DNA of 64,000 bases from Rickettsiales bacterium (GTDB taxonomy: Bacteria; Pseudomonadota; Alphaproteobacteria; Rs-D84), in NCBI GenBank assembly GCA_031266915.1, contig JAISAB010000001.1:37994-101993 (forward strand). The letters run 5' to 3'. A program made the translations under genes and the position numbers. The notes beneath the pieces were generated by a model, which was given only the letters and a program-made list of their open reading frames with translations, searched no databases and was not told where the DNA came from. The stretch's first letter is position 1; every line of letters begins with the position of its first letter. This document shows positions 1 to 9,828 of the stretch, one piece after another.

Positions 1-1
1 G

Positions 2-1063
<1,062 letters not shown>

Positions 1064-1065
1064 TA

Positions 1066-1145
1066 GTCAATAGTCTTTAGTGATTAGTTTATAGTGCTAT
1101 GACTAGACAACTATTCACTAACGACTATAGACTAATGATTATTTG
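1066..1145. repeat. Dispersed TAGTC/ATAGT-unit palindromic repeat (family A) immediately 3' of mreB
   Basis: tagtcaatagtc...actatagactaatgat; same architecture at 14001,15888,16345,18650,24252,42903. Confidence 0.6.
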
Positions 1146-1367
1146 CTAATGTTTTTTAGAAATCGGCTTGTCCTGCAAATATGAATCTATGGTTGTGGTT
1201 AAATCGAATATCAGCAGTATCATGCCGATGAAGTAAATCAAATCTCGGAAGTCAAAATCCTGATTTTTCATACGTTCGCTCTTTGAATAAAGATTGCGGG
1301 CACGGGAGGAGCCTATCCAGAACGACAGCGACCCATTCCATCCTAGTAAGACATATTTCCTGCACAC
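1146..1367 (-). CDS. Hypothetical small membrane protein (possibly only the C-terminal 41 aa from Met at 1268)
   Basis: ORF only; hydrophobic segment LIYFIGMILLIFDL; no recognisable family. Confidence 0.2.
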   Translation of the reverse strand: MCRKYVLLGWNGSLSFWIGSSRARNLYSKSERMKNQDFDFRDLIYFIGMILLIFDLTTTIDSYLQDKPISKKH

Positions 1368-1383
1368 CTGTCAATAAAAAATA

Positions 1384-1439
1384 GGTACTGGGTACTAGGT
1401 ATCAGGTACTGCATACCCAATACCTAGTACCCAGTACCC
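1384..1439. promoter_or_regulatory. Perfect 19-bp inverted repeat (ggtactgggtactaggtat / atacctagtacccagtacc) with 18-nt spacer, upstream of xseB
   Basis: Read directly; the arms are exact reverse complements. Confidence 0.4.
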
Positions 1440-1498
1440 AACTATTGCTTTTTAGATTTTAATCTTGTATGCTGGGCCCATCGGCAAAAGGATTGGAA

Positions 1499-1699
1499 AT
1501 GAGCGAAACAAACAAAACAAAATTGTCTTTTGAAGAGGCTTACAAACAGTTGATGGAAATCGTCAAGAAAATGGAATCGGGCGAACTGCCCCTGGCCGAT
1601 TCGGTCGCTGCGTACGAGCAGGGCGTCAAACTAAAGGCTTATTGCGAACAATTGTTGAAAGAAGCAGAACTGAAAATCGAACAGGTCAAAATCAATTAA
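1499..1699 (+). CDS. xseB: Exodeoxyribonuclease VII small subunit
   Basis: 66 aa from Met at 1499 with AAGGA RBS; LSFEEAYKQLMEIVKKMESGELPLADSVAAYEQGVKL matches XseB consensus. Confidence 0.75.
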   Translation: MSETNKTKLSFEEAYKQLMEIVKKMESGELPLADSVAAYEQGVKLKAYCEQLLKEAELKIEQVKIN

Positions 1700-1783
1700 G
1701 AATTAAAAATTAACAATTAAAAATAAATGTGTCGCGCAGCGACATTCCATAATTCTTAATTCTTCATTCTTAATTTTTAATTA
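1693..1783. repeat. aattaagaattaa inverted-repeat element (family B) with a central GC hairpin
   Basis: aattaagaattaaaaattaa...gtgtcgcgcagcgac...taattcttaattcttcattcttaatt; copies at 5921, 28018, 46468. Confidence 0.55.
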
Positions 1784-1798
1784 TTCGGAGCGAATGCA

Positions 1799-4588
1799 AT
1801 GAGCGACAATAAACTTTCCCCCGTCATGCAGCAGTATGTTGATATGAAAGCCGAAAATCCGGATGCTTTGTTATTGTTTCGCCTGGGCGATTTTTACGAG
1901 GTTTTTTTCGAAGACGCCAAAACCGTCAGCGCGGCCATCGGAATTGTCCTGACACACCGCGGCGTCGACGCGAACGGCGACGATATTCCCATGTGCGGAA
2001 TTCCCTGGCATGCGGCGGACAACTATTTCGGCCGGCTGGTTCGTGACGGGTACAAGGTCGCGCTGGTCGAACAGATGGAGACACCCGCCCAGGCCAAGGC
2101 CGCCGGACGAAAATTTGTCACCCGCCAGGTCGTGCGCGTCCTGACGCCGGGCACGCTGACGGACGAGAATCTGCTGACGCCGAAGAATTCGAATTTTCTG
2201 GTCGCGGTCGCTCCCAGGAACAAGGAACAGGAACAAGGAACAGGGGTATTGTCACCCGTTCCTTGTTCCTTTTCCTCGTTCCTGATAGCCGGTTGCGATA
2301 TTTCGACCGGCGAATTCTTTATCGGCGAATCGGCGGCCATACTGGATGATTTGGTCCGCGTCAATCCGGCCGAAATTATTTATCCTGAAACAGACGCGGA
2401 AAACCCAGAAATCATGCGTCTGCGCGACACATTCAAAACGACGCCCGTTTATGAAAAGCTGTACAATCGCGCTGACATCGATCAAATAGTATTTAAGATA
2501 TTCGGACAGAACTTCGCCTCTTCGCGGCAGGTGGAAGAGCGCAGAGTGCAGAGCGCAGTTGAAAAATCGCAGGGCGATTTTTCATCGAATCACGAATCAC
2601 GAGTTACGAGTCACGCCGCCGCCGGTTTGTGTGGCAGCGCGACCTGCAATGGGGCGGTGGCGCTGCTGGCCGGGTATCTGTTCAATACCCAGCGCGACGC
2701 CAATATCGCGTTCCGCGCGCCGTACGCTTTCAAGGCCGGAACGCAATTGCTGGTTGACAGCGCGACTTGGAAAAGCTTGGAAATCGACAGCCCAATCAAC
2801 GACGGCGGAACATGTCTGGTCGACATTCTAGACAAGACCAAAACCGCTGCCGGGGCGCGGCGCCTGCGTTCATATCTGCGCGCGCTGTCGGGCGACATCG
2901 GCGAAATCCGCCGACGCCAGGAACACATCGGCCATCTGATTCTGAACCGCGACGTCATGGGCGGGCTGGAACGGATTCTATCCCGCGTGCCCGACGTCGG
3001 CCGCAGTCTGGCGCGATTGCTGTCGGGACGCGGCGCGCCGCGTGACCTGCGCGTGGCGGCCGATTTTATGGTCATGCTTGGCGATGCAAAATCCATGGGC
3101 GCCCGCTTGGATTCAGATTTGGCGGCCAAGTTCGCAAACATCGACACGCATGACGCGCTGGCGGGTGAATTGAAATTTGCGCTGAACGACGAACTGCCGA
3201 CTTTTTTCCGCGACGGCGGAATCATCCGCGCCGGATTCGACCCGTCGCTGGACAATATGAAAGAACTGGCGAACGGCGCCAAGGAAACAATCGCCGGCCT
3301 GCAGGCTCAGTACGCTGCTGCGACCGGTGTGGGCGCGCTGCGGATAAAATACAACAACATACTCGGGTATTTTATCGAGGTCCCCAGCCCCCGCGCCGAC
3401 GCGCTGATGAATCCTGAAAACGGATTTATTCATCGCCAGACAATGGCCGGCAACATGCGCTTTACCACGCCGCGTTTAATCGATTTGGACAATGATGTCC
3501 GCAGCGCCGCCGAAAAAGCCGGGGCAATCGAATCTGAAATCATTGCGAATCTGATTGAAAAAATCCGGGCGGCGGCCGACGATTTGCTGAACACGGCGGA
3601 ATTAATCGCGGACGCAGACGTGTGGCGCGCGCTGGCCGATGTGGCCGACGAATATTCATGGGTGCGCCCCGCCGTGACCGAATCCCGAGCGTTCGACGTG
3701 CGCGGCGGCCGCCATCCGGTTATCGAGGCCGTTCTGCGTTCCCGCGGCGACGCGTTCGTTAAAAACGACTGCGTCCTGGACGGGCGGCAAATCGCGCTGT
3801 TGACCGGTCCGAACATGGCCGGAAAATCCACCTATCTGCGCCAGAACGCGCTGATTGTCGTGCTGGCGCATCTGGGCGCGTTCGTGCCGGCAGAACGCGC
3901 CACAATCGGCGTCTGCGATCAGCTGTTCAGCCGCGTCGGCGCCAGCGACAACCTGGCCGCGGGCCAGTCAACGTTTATGGTCGAGATGACGGAAACGGCG
4001 AATATTCTGAACCGCGCGACGCGCCAGTCCTTTATCATTTTCGATGAAATCGGCCGCGGAACCGCGACATACGACGGCATGGCGATTGCCCAGGCCGTAC
4101 TGGAATTTTTGGATGACGTCAAACCGCGCACCTTGTTCGCGACACATTATCATGAACTGACCGCGCTGGTACCATCGTCAGAGTTCAAAGTTCAAGGTTC
4201 AAAGTTCAAATATTCCGGTGATGAACCCGGGATCACGATTTCGCAAGACGGTTCGGCTTGCGCCCATCTGAACTCTGTTAACTGTCTGACCATAGAAATT
4301 CGCGAGCATAACGGCGAGATTGTCTTTATGCATAAAATAATTCCCGGCGTGGCCAGCCGCTCCTATGGAATACACGTTGCAAAAATGGCCGGCATACCAA
4401 TATCGGTGATAAATCGCGCCGAAGACGTCCTGAACGCGCTAGAAACCCGGACCGACGCGCCTGCGCGAAAAACGCCGCCTGCGGTCAAAAAGGTCGAAGA
4501 TGTCGACATGATTGTCGACGAGCCGGGCGTAAAACCGCAAAAAGTCGCGGCGCCTGCAAACAAAACACAGCTTTCCCTGTTTGGATAA
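1799..4588 (+). CDS. mutS: DNA mismatch repair protein MutS (carries three in-frame repeat insertions)
   Basis: 929 aa; MQQYxxxK...LFRLGDFYE N-terminus, Walker A GPNMAGKST, TFMVEMTETA; insertions at 2213-2283, 2521-2615, 4181-4210. Confidence 0.9.
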   Translation: MSDNKLSPVMQQYVDMKAENPDALLLFRLGDFYEVFFEDAKTVSAAIGIVLTHRGVDANGDDIPMCGIPWHAADNYFGRLVRDGYKVALVEQMETPAQAKAAGRKFVTRQVVRVLTPGTLTDENLLTPKNSNFLVAVAPRNKEQEQGTGVLSPVPCSFSSFLIAGCDISTGEFFIGESAAILDDLVRVNPAEIIYPETDAENPEIMRLRDTFKTTPVYEKLYNRADIDQIVFKIFGQNFASSRQVEERRVQSAVEKSQGDFSSNHESRVTSHAAAGLCGSATCNGAVALLAGYLFNTQRDANIAFRAPYAFKAGTQLLVDSATWKSLEIDSPINDGGTCLVDILDKTKTAAGARRLRSYLRALSGDIGEIRRRQEHIGHLILNRDVMGGLERILSRVPDVGRSLARLLSGRGAPRDLRVAADFMVMLGDAKSMGARLDSDLAAKFANIDTHDALAGELKFALNDELPTFFRDGGIIRAGFDPSLDNMKELANGAKETIAGLQAQYAAATGVGALRIKYNNILGYFIEVPSPRADALMNPENGFIHRQTMAGNMRFTTPRLIDLDNDVRSAAEKAGAIESEIIANLIEKIRAAADDLLNTAELIADADVWRALADVADEYSWVRPAVTESRAFDVRGGRHPVIEAVLRSRGDAFVKNDCVLDGRQIALLTGPNMAGKSTYLRQNALIVVLAHLGAFVPAERATIGVCDQLFSRVGASDNLAAGQSTFMVEMTETANILNRATRQSFIIFDEIGRGTATYDGMAIAQAVLEFLDDVKPRTLFATHYHELTALVPSSEFKVQGSKFKYSGDEPGITISQDGSACAHLNSVNCLTIEIREHNGEIVFMHKIIPGVASRSYGIHVAKMAGIPISVINRAEDVLNALETRTDAPARKTPPAVKKVEDVDMIVDEPGVKPQKVAAPANKTQLSLFG

Positions 4589-4610
4589 ACATTGCGCAAA
4601 GGCATTTGAA

Positions 4611-5600
4611 ATGAACGGATGGATAATCTTGGACAAGCCGTCAGGCATGACCAGCCGCGCCGCGGGCGGGCGCGTCATGCGTATGTTTGGCGCCGAAACG
4701 TTCGGCCATATCGGAACCTTGGACCCGATGGCGTCGGGATTGCTGCCGATTGCGCTGGGCAATGCCACCAAGATGATTCCTTTTTTCGAGAGCGAAGAGC
4801 GTAGAGCGCAGAGCGAAGGTTCCGCCGCTTCGCGGCAGAGCGCAGGTCGCAAGTCGCAGGTAGAAGATGTTGATAATAACGAACCATCTACGCTCTGCGC
4901 TCTTCGCTCTTCGACCTCTAAAGAATATCTATTCAGCGTTCAGTTCGGATTCGAAACTGATACGCTGGATATTACCGGAACGGTTGTCAAGGAAACCAAT
5001 GTTGTCCCATTGCCGGCTCAGGTTATGGCAGCGTGCGCCGCACTGACCGGAACGATTTATCAAACGCCGCCGGCCTATTCCGCGGTGCATGTCGGCGGGC
5101 GGCGCGGCTATGAACTGGCGCGCGCGGGCAAAGAATTCGAAATTCCGCCACGCCCGGTTACCATCGACGCGCTGGAATTGCTGGACGCGGGCAGAAAATC
5201 CTGGCAATTCCGCGTGGTGTGCGCGCCCGGAACATACGTTCGCGCCATTGCCCGCGACATCGCCGCGATGTGCGATACGGTCGCAACCGTGGACATGATA
5301 CGGCGCCTGCGTACCAGCGGCCTGGATATAAAAGATGCGGTCGGGCTTGATTTTTTAGAAAATCTGTTTCATAATGGCGGGAACTTCGAAGATTATTTGA
5401 AGCCTGTGGATTTCGGACTGGGGGACATTCCGGTTCTGAATCTGAACGACGCGGACGCCGGTTTATATAAACAGGGCGGCTTTGTCGAAATTGCGGCGGC
5501 GGGCGAACCGGGATTGGTTCGGGTCTTTTCAAACGGGCGGTTCATCGGAATCGGAACGTTTGACGGCAACCTGTTGAAGCCGAAACGAACACTTAACTAA
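4611..5600 (+). CDS. truB: tRNA pseudouridine(55) synthase TruB with an in-frame 127-bp palindromic insertion
   Basis: [13 protein letters not shown] and [18 protein letters not shown] motifs; start moved to Met11 (4611) to avoid overlap with mutS. Confidence 0.85.
   Translation: MNGWIILDKPSGMTSRAAGGRVMRMFGAETFGHIGTLDPMASGLLPIALGNATKMIPFFESEERRAQSEGSAASRQSAGRKSQVEDVDNNEPSTLCALRSSTSKEYLFSVQFGFETDTLDITGTVVKETNVVPLPAQVMAACAALTGTIYQTPPAYSAVHVGGRRGYELARAGKEFEIPPRPVTIDALELLDAGRKSWQFRVVCAPGTYVRAIARDIAAMCDTVATVDMIRRLRTSGLDIKDAVGLDFLENLFHNGGNFEDYLKPVDFGLGDIPVLNLNDADAGLYKQGGFVEIAAAGEPGLVRVFSNGRFIGIGTFDGNLLKPKRTLN
4789..4915. repeat. Family D palindromic element (gagcgaagagcgtagagcgcagagcg ... cgctctgcgctcttcgctcttcgac) inside truB
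   Basis: Arms are reverse complements; copies at 27350-27485 (in queH) and 30911-30995 (fabG-mnmG spacer); fragments at 2521-2560 and 35581-35618. Confidence 0.75.
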
Positions 5601-5614
5601 ACAAAGGAAACACA

Positions 5615-5887
5615 ATGTCCATTGCAAAAGCAAAAAAGACTGAACTGATTAACGAATTCAAGACGACCGACGCCGACAACGGCGGCAGCGCGGCGTCCCA
5701 AGTCGCAGTATTGACCGAGCGCATTCGTAATTTGACCGAGCATATGAAGGCAAATCACAAGGACAACCATTCCAAGCGCGGCCTGCTGCTGATGGTCAAC
5801 CGCCGCAAGAAATTATTGGCCTATATCAAAAAGCGCAACGTGGCTGAATACGAAGACTTGATTAAGAAATTGGGTCTGAGAAAATAA
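5615..5887 (+). CDS. rpsO: 30S ribosomal protein S15
   Basis: 90 aa; [34 protein letters not shown] typical S15. Confidence 0.9.
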   Translation: MSIAKAKKTELINEFKTTDADNGGSAASQVAVLTERIRNLTEHMKANHKDNHSKRGLLLMVNRRKKLLAYIKKRNVAEYEDLIKKLGLRK

Positions 5888-5913
5888 AAAACCGTCCAAT
5901 GGGCGGTTTTTTA
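5888..5913 (+). terminator. Rho-independent terminator after rpsO
   Basis: accgtccaatgggcggt hairpin followed by tttttt. Confidence 0.6.
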
Positions 5914-5920
5914 AAATAGC

Positions 5921-5962
5921 AATTGTTAATTAAGAATTAAAAAATAAGAATTAAGAATATTA
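5921..5962. repeat. Family B aattaagaattaa repeat
   Basis: aattgttaattaagaattaaaaaataagaattaagaat. Confidence 0.5.
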
Positions 5963-5973
5963 TTCCAGATTTT

Positions 5974-6250
5974 GTCATTGCGGGCGCAGCAAAGCAATCC
6001 AGTATAAATGGGTCTTTGGGGGCCGAATGACAGACTTCGTCTTGGAGAGACAACCCCCAAAGATAAAAACCGCGCTTAAATACAAAGGCGGTTGGAGGTT
6101 AAGAACTATCAAGTGAATAGTGCGGTGTATTCGGCAAGCCTTATTCCACCGGCCCTCCAACCGTAGTTGGAGCGTTTAACGTCAGCGCTGACGCACTTGT
6201 GGAGTTCTTAAACTCCGTGATGACAATTCGTCACCACGAAAAGTATTATA
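5974..6250. repeat. Family F ~250-bp structured dispersed element (ggcggttggaggtt ... ccctccaaccgNNggttggagcgtttaacgtcagcgctgacg)
   Basis: Three related copies (5974-6250, 37385-37560, 52411-52745) sharing gtcattgcg start, aaaaaccgcgc, ggcggttggaggtt, ccctccaacc and a gtcagcgctgac palindrome. Confidence 0.6.
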
Positions 6251-6275
6251 CCAAAAACGTATTGAAAATCCACAA

Positions 6276-6304
6276 TAAAAAAACCGCCAGATGGCGGTTT
6301 TTTC
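6276..6304. terminator. Bidirectional hairpin terminator (A-run, accgccagatggcggt, T-run)
   Basis: Symmetric A/T runs flank a GC hairpin. Confidence 0.4.
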
Positions 6305-6317
6305 ATGAATCATAATA

Positions 6318-6408
6318 GGTGGGGTGACCTTGTCCCAAGGTCACCTTGTTTTATAGGAACTTAATAGACATCAATATTAGGCAACCTTAGGGACAAGGTT
6401 GCCCCACC
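6318..6408. repeat. Family G palindromic element (ggtggggtgaccttgtcccaaggtcacc ... ggcaaccttagggacaaggttgccccacc)
   Basis: Second copy in inverted orientation at 52881-52945. Confidence 0.55.
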
Positions 6409-6427
6409 AAACACTAACGACTGCTGA

Positions 6428-6898
6428 CTATTTGTTGTCCGCCAGTTTTTTCCGAAAGTCGTCCAGCGACACGACGCGTTTGTCGTCCGGTATGGTGCCC
6501 GGCGCGTCGCTTAGCGGCAATTCCATATCGTTGCCGGCCGATGGCGCGATTTTTGGTTGGAACGACAGCATAAAGTCTGCAGACGGATCCTTGAATTCAA
6601 TCAGCGCCGAAAACGGAACGCGGATAAAGAACGGACGGCCGTCGAACGTCAGCTGGACGCCGAATTCCTTGTCCGAAATATTCAGGTTGTTGTACGAATA
6701 CTGCAGGACTATCGTCATAATGTCCGGATACCGTATGCGCAGAAAATCCGGCAGAACGACGCCCGGGTCGCGCGTCTTGAACGTGATGAAAAAATGCGTC
6801 CCGTCGCCCAGGCCGTTGAACTGGGCGTGGATCAGCGCGTCTTTCACGACCGACTTCAGCGCGTTATCCAATAATTTCGGATAATCTATTTTCTTCAT
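6428..6898 (-). CDS. Probable ClpXP adaptor SspB-like protein
   Basis: IVLQYSYNNLNISDKEFGVQLTFDGRPFFIRVPFSALIEFKD resembles the SspB core (IVLNI...NL.L..D.V.F.ARF.G....V.VP..AV). Confidence 0.45.
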   Translation of the reverse strand: MKKIDYPKLLDNALKSVVKDALIHAQFNGLGDGTHFFITFKTRDPGVVLPDFLRIRYPDIMTIVLQYSYNNLNISDKEFGVQLTFDGRPFFIRVPFSALIEFKDPSADFMLSFQPKIAPSAGNDMELPLSDAPGTIPDDKRVVSLDDFRKKLADNK

Positions 6899-7161
6899 TT
6901 TTCTTTCACCCGCTGTTTTTGATAAAGCATCATTATGCGAAACGCGTCATCTATTGCCAAAAACGTATCGTACGGAATCTGGTCGTCGAGCATTTCTTTG
7001 CCGAATTGCTTGAACCATACGGCCTTTTTCGCGTCAATATATGCGCACAGTTCACGGAATATTTCGCAGGCCCGTTCGTATTGCTGCTCTGTAATCTTCA
7101 TGCCGTGATTATTAAATAATCTTGCCGTTATCGCAAGCGACAAATATCGCGTCAGGAACAT
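6895..7161 (-). CDS. Hypothetical protein (possibly starting at Met 7101, MKITEQQYE)
   Basis: ORF only; overlaps the recF end. Confidence 0.3.
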   Translation of the reverse strand: MFLTRYLSLAITARLFNNHGMKITEQQYERACEIFRELCAYIDAKKAVWFKQFGKEMLDDQIPYDTFLAIDDAFRIMMLYQKQRVKEK

Positions 7162-8197
7162 AAGCGAACGTGTCCCTGTCCAAACCGGTGGCCCAGACCT
7201 GGGCGCCGGACTTTCCCAATTCGTCGAACATGCGGGCGCGGGCGGCGGCGTCCAGATGCGCCGCGGCCTCGTCCAGCAGGACCAGCGGCGTCTTGCCCGC
7301 GCGCGCGCGCACCAGTTTGGCGTGCGCCAGAATCAAATCGATTAAAACGGCCTTTTGCTGACCGGTGCTGGTCAGGCTGGCCGGCAATTTCAGCGCGTTG
7401 TTATAAACGCCGAAGTCCGATTTATGCGCGCCGTCGACGAGCATTTTGTCGCCCTGCAGCTCGCGGTTCGCAGCCAGATAATTCAGATACGTGCCCTCGG
7501 CGTCGGCCGCCGTCCCGTTCAAGACCAGCGATTCGACCGGGCCAGAAACGGACACGGCGCAATTTTTGAAAAAATAGTTTATTTCGCCGGCATATCGGAT
7601 GCGCGCCGCGGCGACGGCGACGGCTGTCCGGGCAATTTGGACATCCAGCGCGGCCAGCCAGTCTGTGTCCGCCCCGCTTTTTAACGCGAATCCGCGTTCC
7701 GACAGCAGTTTCGATAATTTCGCGACGCGGCCCGAATGAACATGGTCAAAACTGGAAACCAGACGGTCGAAAAACGCGCGCCGCTCGGACGCGGAATCGA
7801 CGAACAGCCGGTCTTCCCTGGGCGTCAGCCAAACAATCCGCAGGCGCGACGACAAGTCCGACAGGGCGGCATTGTCGCCGTCGACGCGCGCGCGGCGGTT
7901 CGAATCGCCGGGATTGAAACAAACTGAGATTTCCGTATCGTCGGCCAGTTCGGCAAACACCGAAAAGCCGCCGGCCGGCGCCATGCGTCCAGCGACGAAA
8001 TCCGGCGCGAAACGCGCGATTTCGGTCATCGGCGCACCACGCAACCCGCGGTCGCCGCCCAGCATGGAAATGGCTTCCAATACGGCGGTCTTGCCCGCCC
8101 CGTTCGGCCCTGTGATGACTATGTTTTTTCCCGCCCCGGCGACGATGCGCGACGCCGTATGGTTTCTGAAATCGGTAAGAGTCAGGGTCGTTATCAT
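7112..8197 (-). CDS. recF: DNA replication and repair protein RecF
   Basis: 361 aa; N-terminus L.LTDFRN...ITGPNGAGKTAVLEAI Walker A as in RecF. Confidence 0.85.
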   Translation of the reverse strand: MITTLTLTDFRNHTASRIVAGAGKNIVITGPNGAGKTAVLEAISMLGGDRGLRGAPMTEIARFAPDFVAGRMAPAGGFSVFAELADDTEISVCFNPGDSNRRARVDGDNAALSDLSSRLRIVWLTPREDRLFVDSASERRAFFDRLVSSFDHVHSGRVAKLSKLLSERGFALKSGADTDWLAALDVQIARTAVAVAAARIRYAGEINYFFKNCAVSVSGPVESLVLNGTAADAEGTYLNYLAANRELQGDKMLVDGAHKSDFGVYNNALKLPASLTSTGQQKAVLIDLILAHAKLVRARAGKTPLVLLDEAAAHLDAAARARMFDELGKSGAQVWATGLDRDTFAYVPDAIFVACDNGKII

Positions 8198-8245
8198 GAT
8201 TTCTGATTTAGGATTTATGATTTCTGATTTAAAAAATCAGAAATA
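8194..8245. repeat. gatttctgattta / gatttatgattt short tandem repeats (family I)
   Basis: tcatgatttctgatttaggatttatgatttctgatttaaaaaatcagaaata; related copies at 14612-14647 and 16419-16470. Confidence 0.45.
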
Positions 8246-8247
8246 AG

Positions 8248-8322
8248 GTGGAGGCCTGGGTCGGAATCGAACCGGCATACAAGGATTTGCAGTCCTCTGC
8301 ATAACCACTCTGCCACCAGGCC
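8248..8322 (-). tRNA. tRNA-Cys (GCA)
   Basis: Reverse complement GGCCTGGTGGCAGAGTGGTTATGCAGAGGACTGCAAATCCTTGTATGCCGGTTCGATTCCGACCCAGGCCTCCA; close to E. coli tRNA-Cys; anticodon loop CUGCAAA. Confidence 0.8.
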
Positions 8323-8489
8323 ATCTTCGGGGGTCAGAGTAAAACATCGGCCGCGACTATTCAAGATAAAAATTCGCGCAACTGACATGAATATAAAAAT
8401 TAAAAACAAATGATGAAAAAGGAATAATTGTGATATAATGCACACCGGTCGGGGCAAATGTGCCGCCCTGACAAAAGGGATAAAGAGAG

Positions 8490-9815
8490 ATGAAAAAAAT
8501 ATTAATGGCAATTCTTTGCCTGTATCCGGCGGTTTCGTTCGCCGCAGACGATTGCCTGTCCAGAAAAGACGTGCCGGCGGATCAGATGTCCCTGAGCCAA
8601 GTAATCGATTTGGGACTGTGCAGAAACCCGCAGACAGCCAGCGCCTATCTGACGGCTGAGGCTGCGCGCCTGAACAAAAACGCCGGATACGCCGACTATC
8701 TGCCCAGTGTCAGCGCGTCTGCATCCGTCAACAAGAATTACCGCAATAAAAAACTGGACGACGACTGGTCGACGGGGGCTTCGCTGTCCGCGTCTTATCT
8801 GATTTTCGATTTCGGCAAGCGACTGGCCGATTTGAACGCGCTGGCGGCCACTTGGCGCGCAACAGGGTTTGATTACGACGAATCCGTCCAGAATTACGTT
8901 TACAGCGTTATCGGGTCGTACTACGCGCTGCTGAACACGGACGCCGACGTAGCGACGGCGGAAAGCCTGCGCAAGGTGGCGCAGACCGCCAAGGACACCG
9001 CCGACAAGAAATTCAAGGCCGGATCGGTCGCCAAGGCCGACGTGCTGAAGGCCGAAACCACGCTGGCCAGCCGCGACTTGGAACTGGAGCGCGCCAAGAA
9101 CAACCGTGAAATCGCCAAGGGAACATTGTTGTCCAAGCTGTCCTTTCCCGCGAACCAAGACATTCAAATCACCGACATGCCGTCCGATTTCGGACGCGCC
9201 ACGGAAAACAAGAGCATCGACGAATTAATCGAAATGGCCCGTAAAACCCGGCCGGATTTACTGCGCGCGACCGCGAACAAGGACGCCGCATGGCACCGCC
9301 GCAACAGTTCGCTGTTGAAAAATCTGCCCAGCATTTCAGCCAGCGGTTCGCTGTCTTGGAACGACAATCCGTCAGATATATACAACGCAGGTTCGGACAA
9401 GGTGTCCGGCAGTATCGGGGTGCGCGCATCTATGCCGATATTCGCGGGCTTTGCCAATCTGTACGGCTTGCGCGCGGCCGAGGCCAACTATGACCGCGCC
9501 AAAGAGCAGGAACGCCAATCGAATGATTCTGCCGAGTTGGACATCTTCGCTGCGTATCAGAACTATAAAACCGCCCAAACGGTGCTGGTGCAGACGGAAA
9601 GCCTGTTGAAATCCGCGACGGAAAGCGAAAAGGCGACGGCCGGCATGTACAAGGTGGGACGCGCCACCATGCTGGACTGGCAGCAGGGCCAGGCCGACCT
9701 GGCGTCCGCGCAAAAGCAAAACAACGCCGCGAAGTACGACCTGTTCACCAAGCGCGCGGCCGTCGCGCTGGCCATCGGTGACATCAAGGCGGAACTTGAG
9801 ACAAGGAATCAGTAA
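8490..9815 (+). CDS. TolC-family outer membrane efflux protein
   Basis: 441 aa, signal peptide MKKILMAILCLYPAVSFA; helical-repeat outer membrane factor pattern; first gene of the efflux operon. Confidence 0.75.
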   Translation: MKKILMAILCLYPAVSFAADDCLSRKDVPADQMSLSQVIDLGLCRNPQTASAYLTAEAARLNKNAGYADYLPSVSASASVNKNYRNKKLDDDWSTGASLSASYLIFDFGKRLADLNALAATWRATGFDYDESVQNYVYSVIGSYYALLNTDADVATAESLRKVAQTAKDTADKKFKAGSVAKADVLKAETTLASRDLELERAKNNREIAKGTLLSKLSFPANQDIQITDMPSDFGRATENKSIDELIEMARKTRPDLLRATANKDAAWHRRNSSLLKNLPSISASGSLSWNDNPSDIYNAGSDKVSGSIGVRASMPIFAGFANLYGLRAAEANYDRAKEQERQSNDSAELDIFAAYQNYKTAQTVLVQTESLLKSATESEKATAGMYKVGRATMLDWQQGQADLASAQKQNNAAKYDLFTKRAAVALAIGDIKAELETRNQ

Positions 9816-9828
9816 AAAGGAATCAGAG

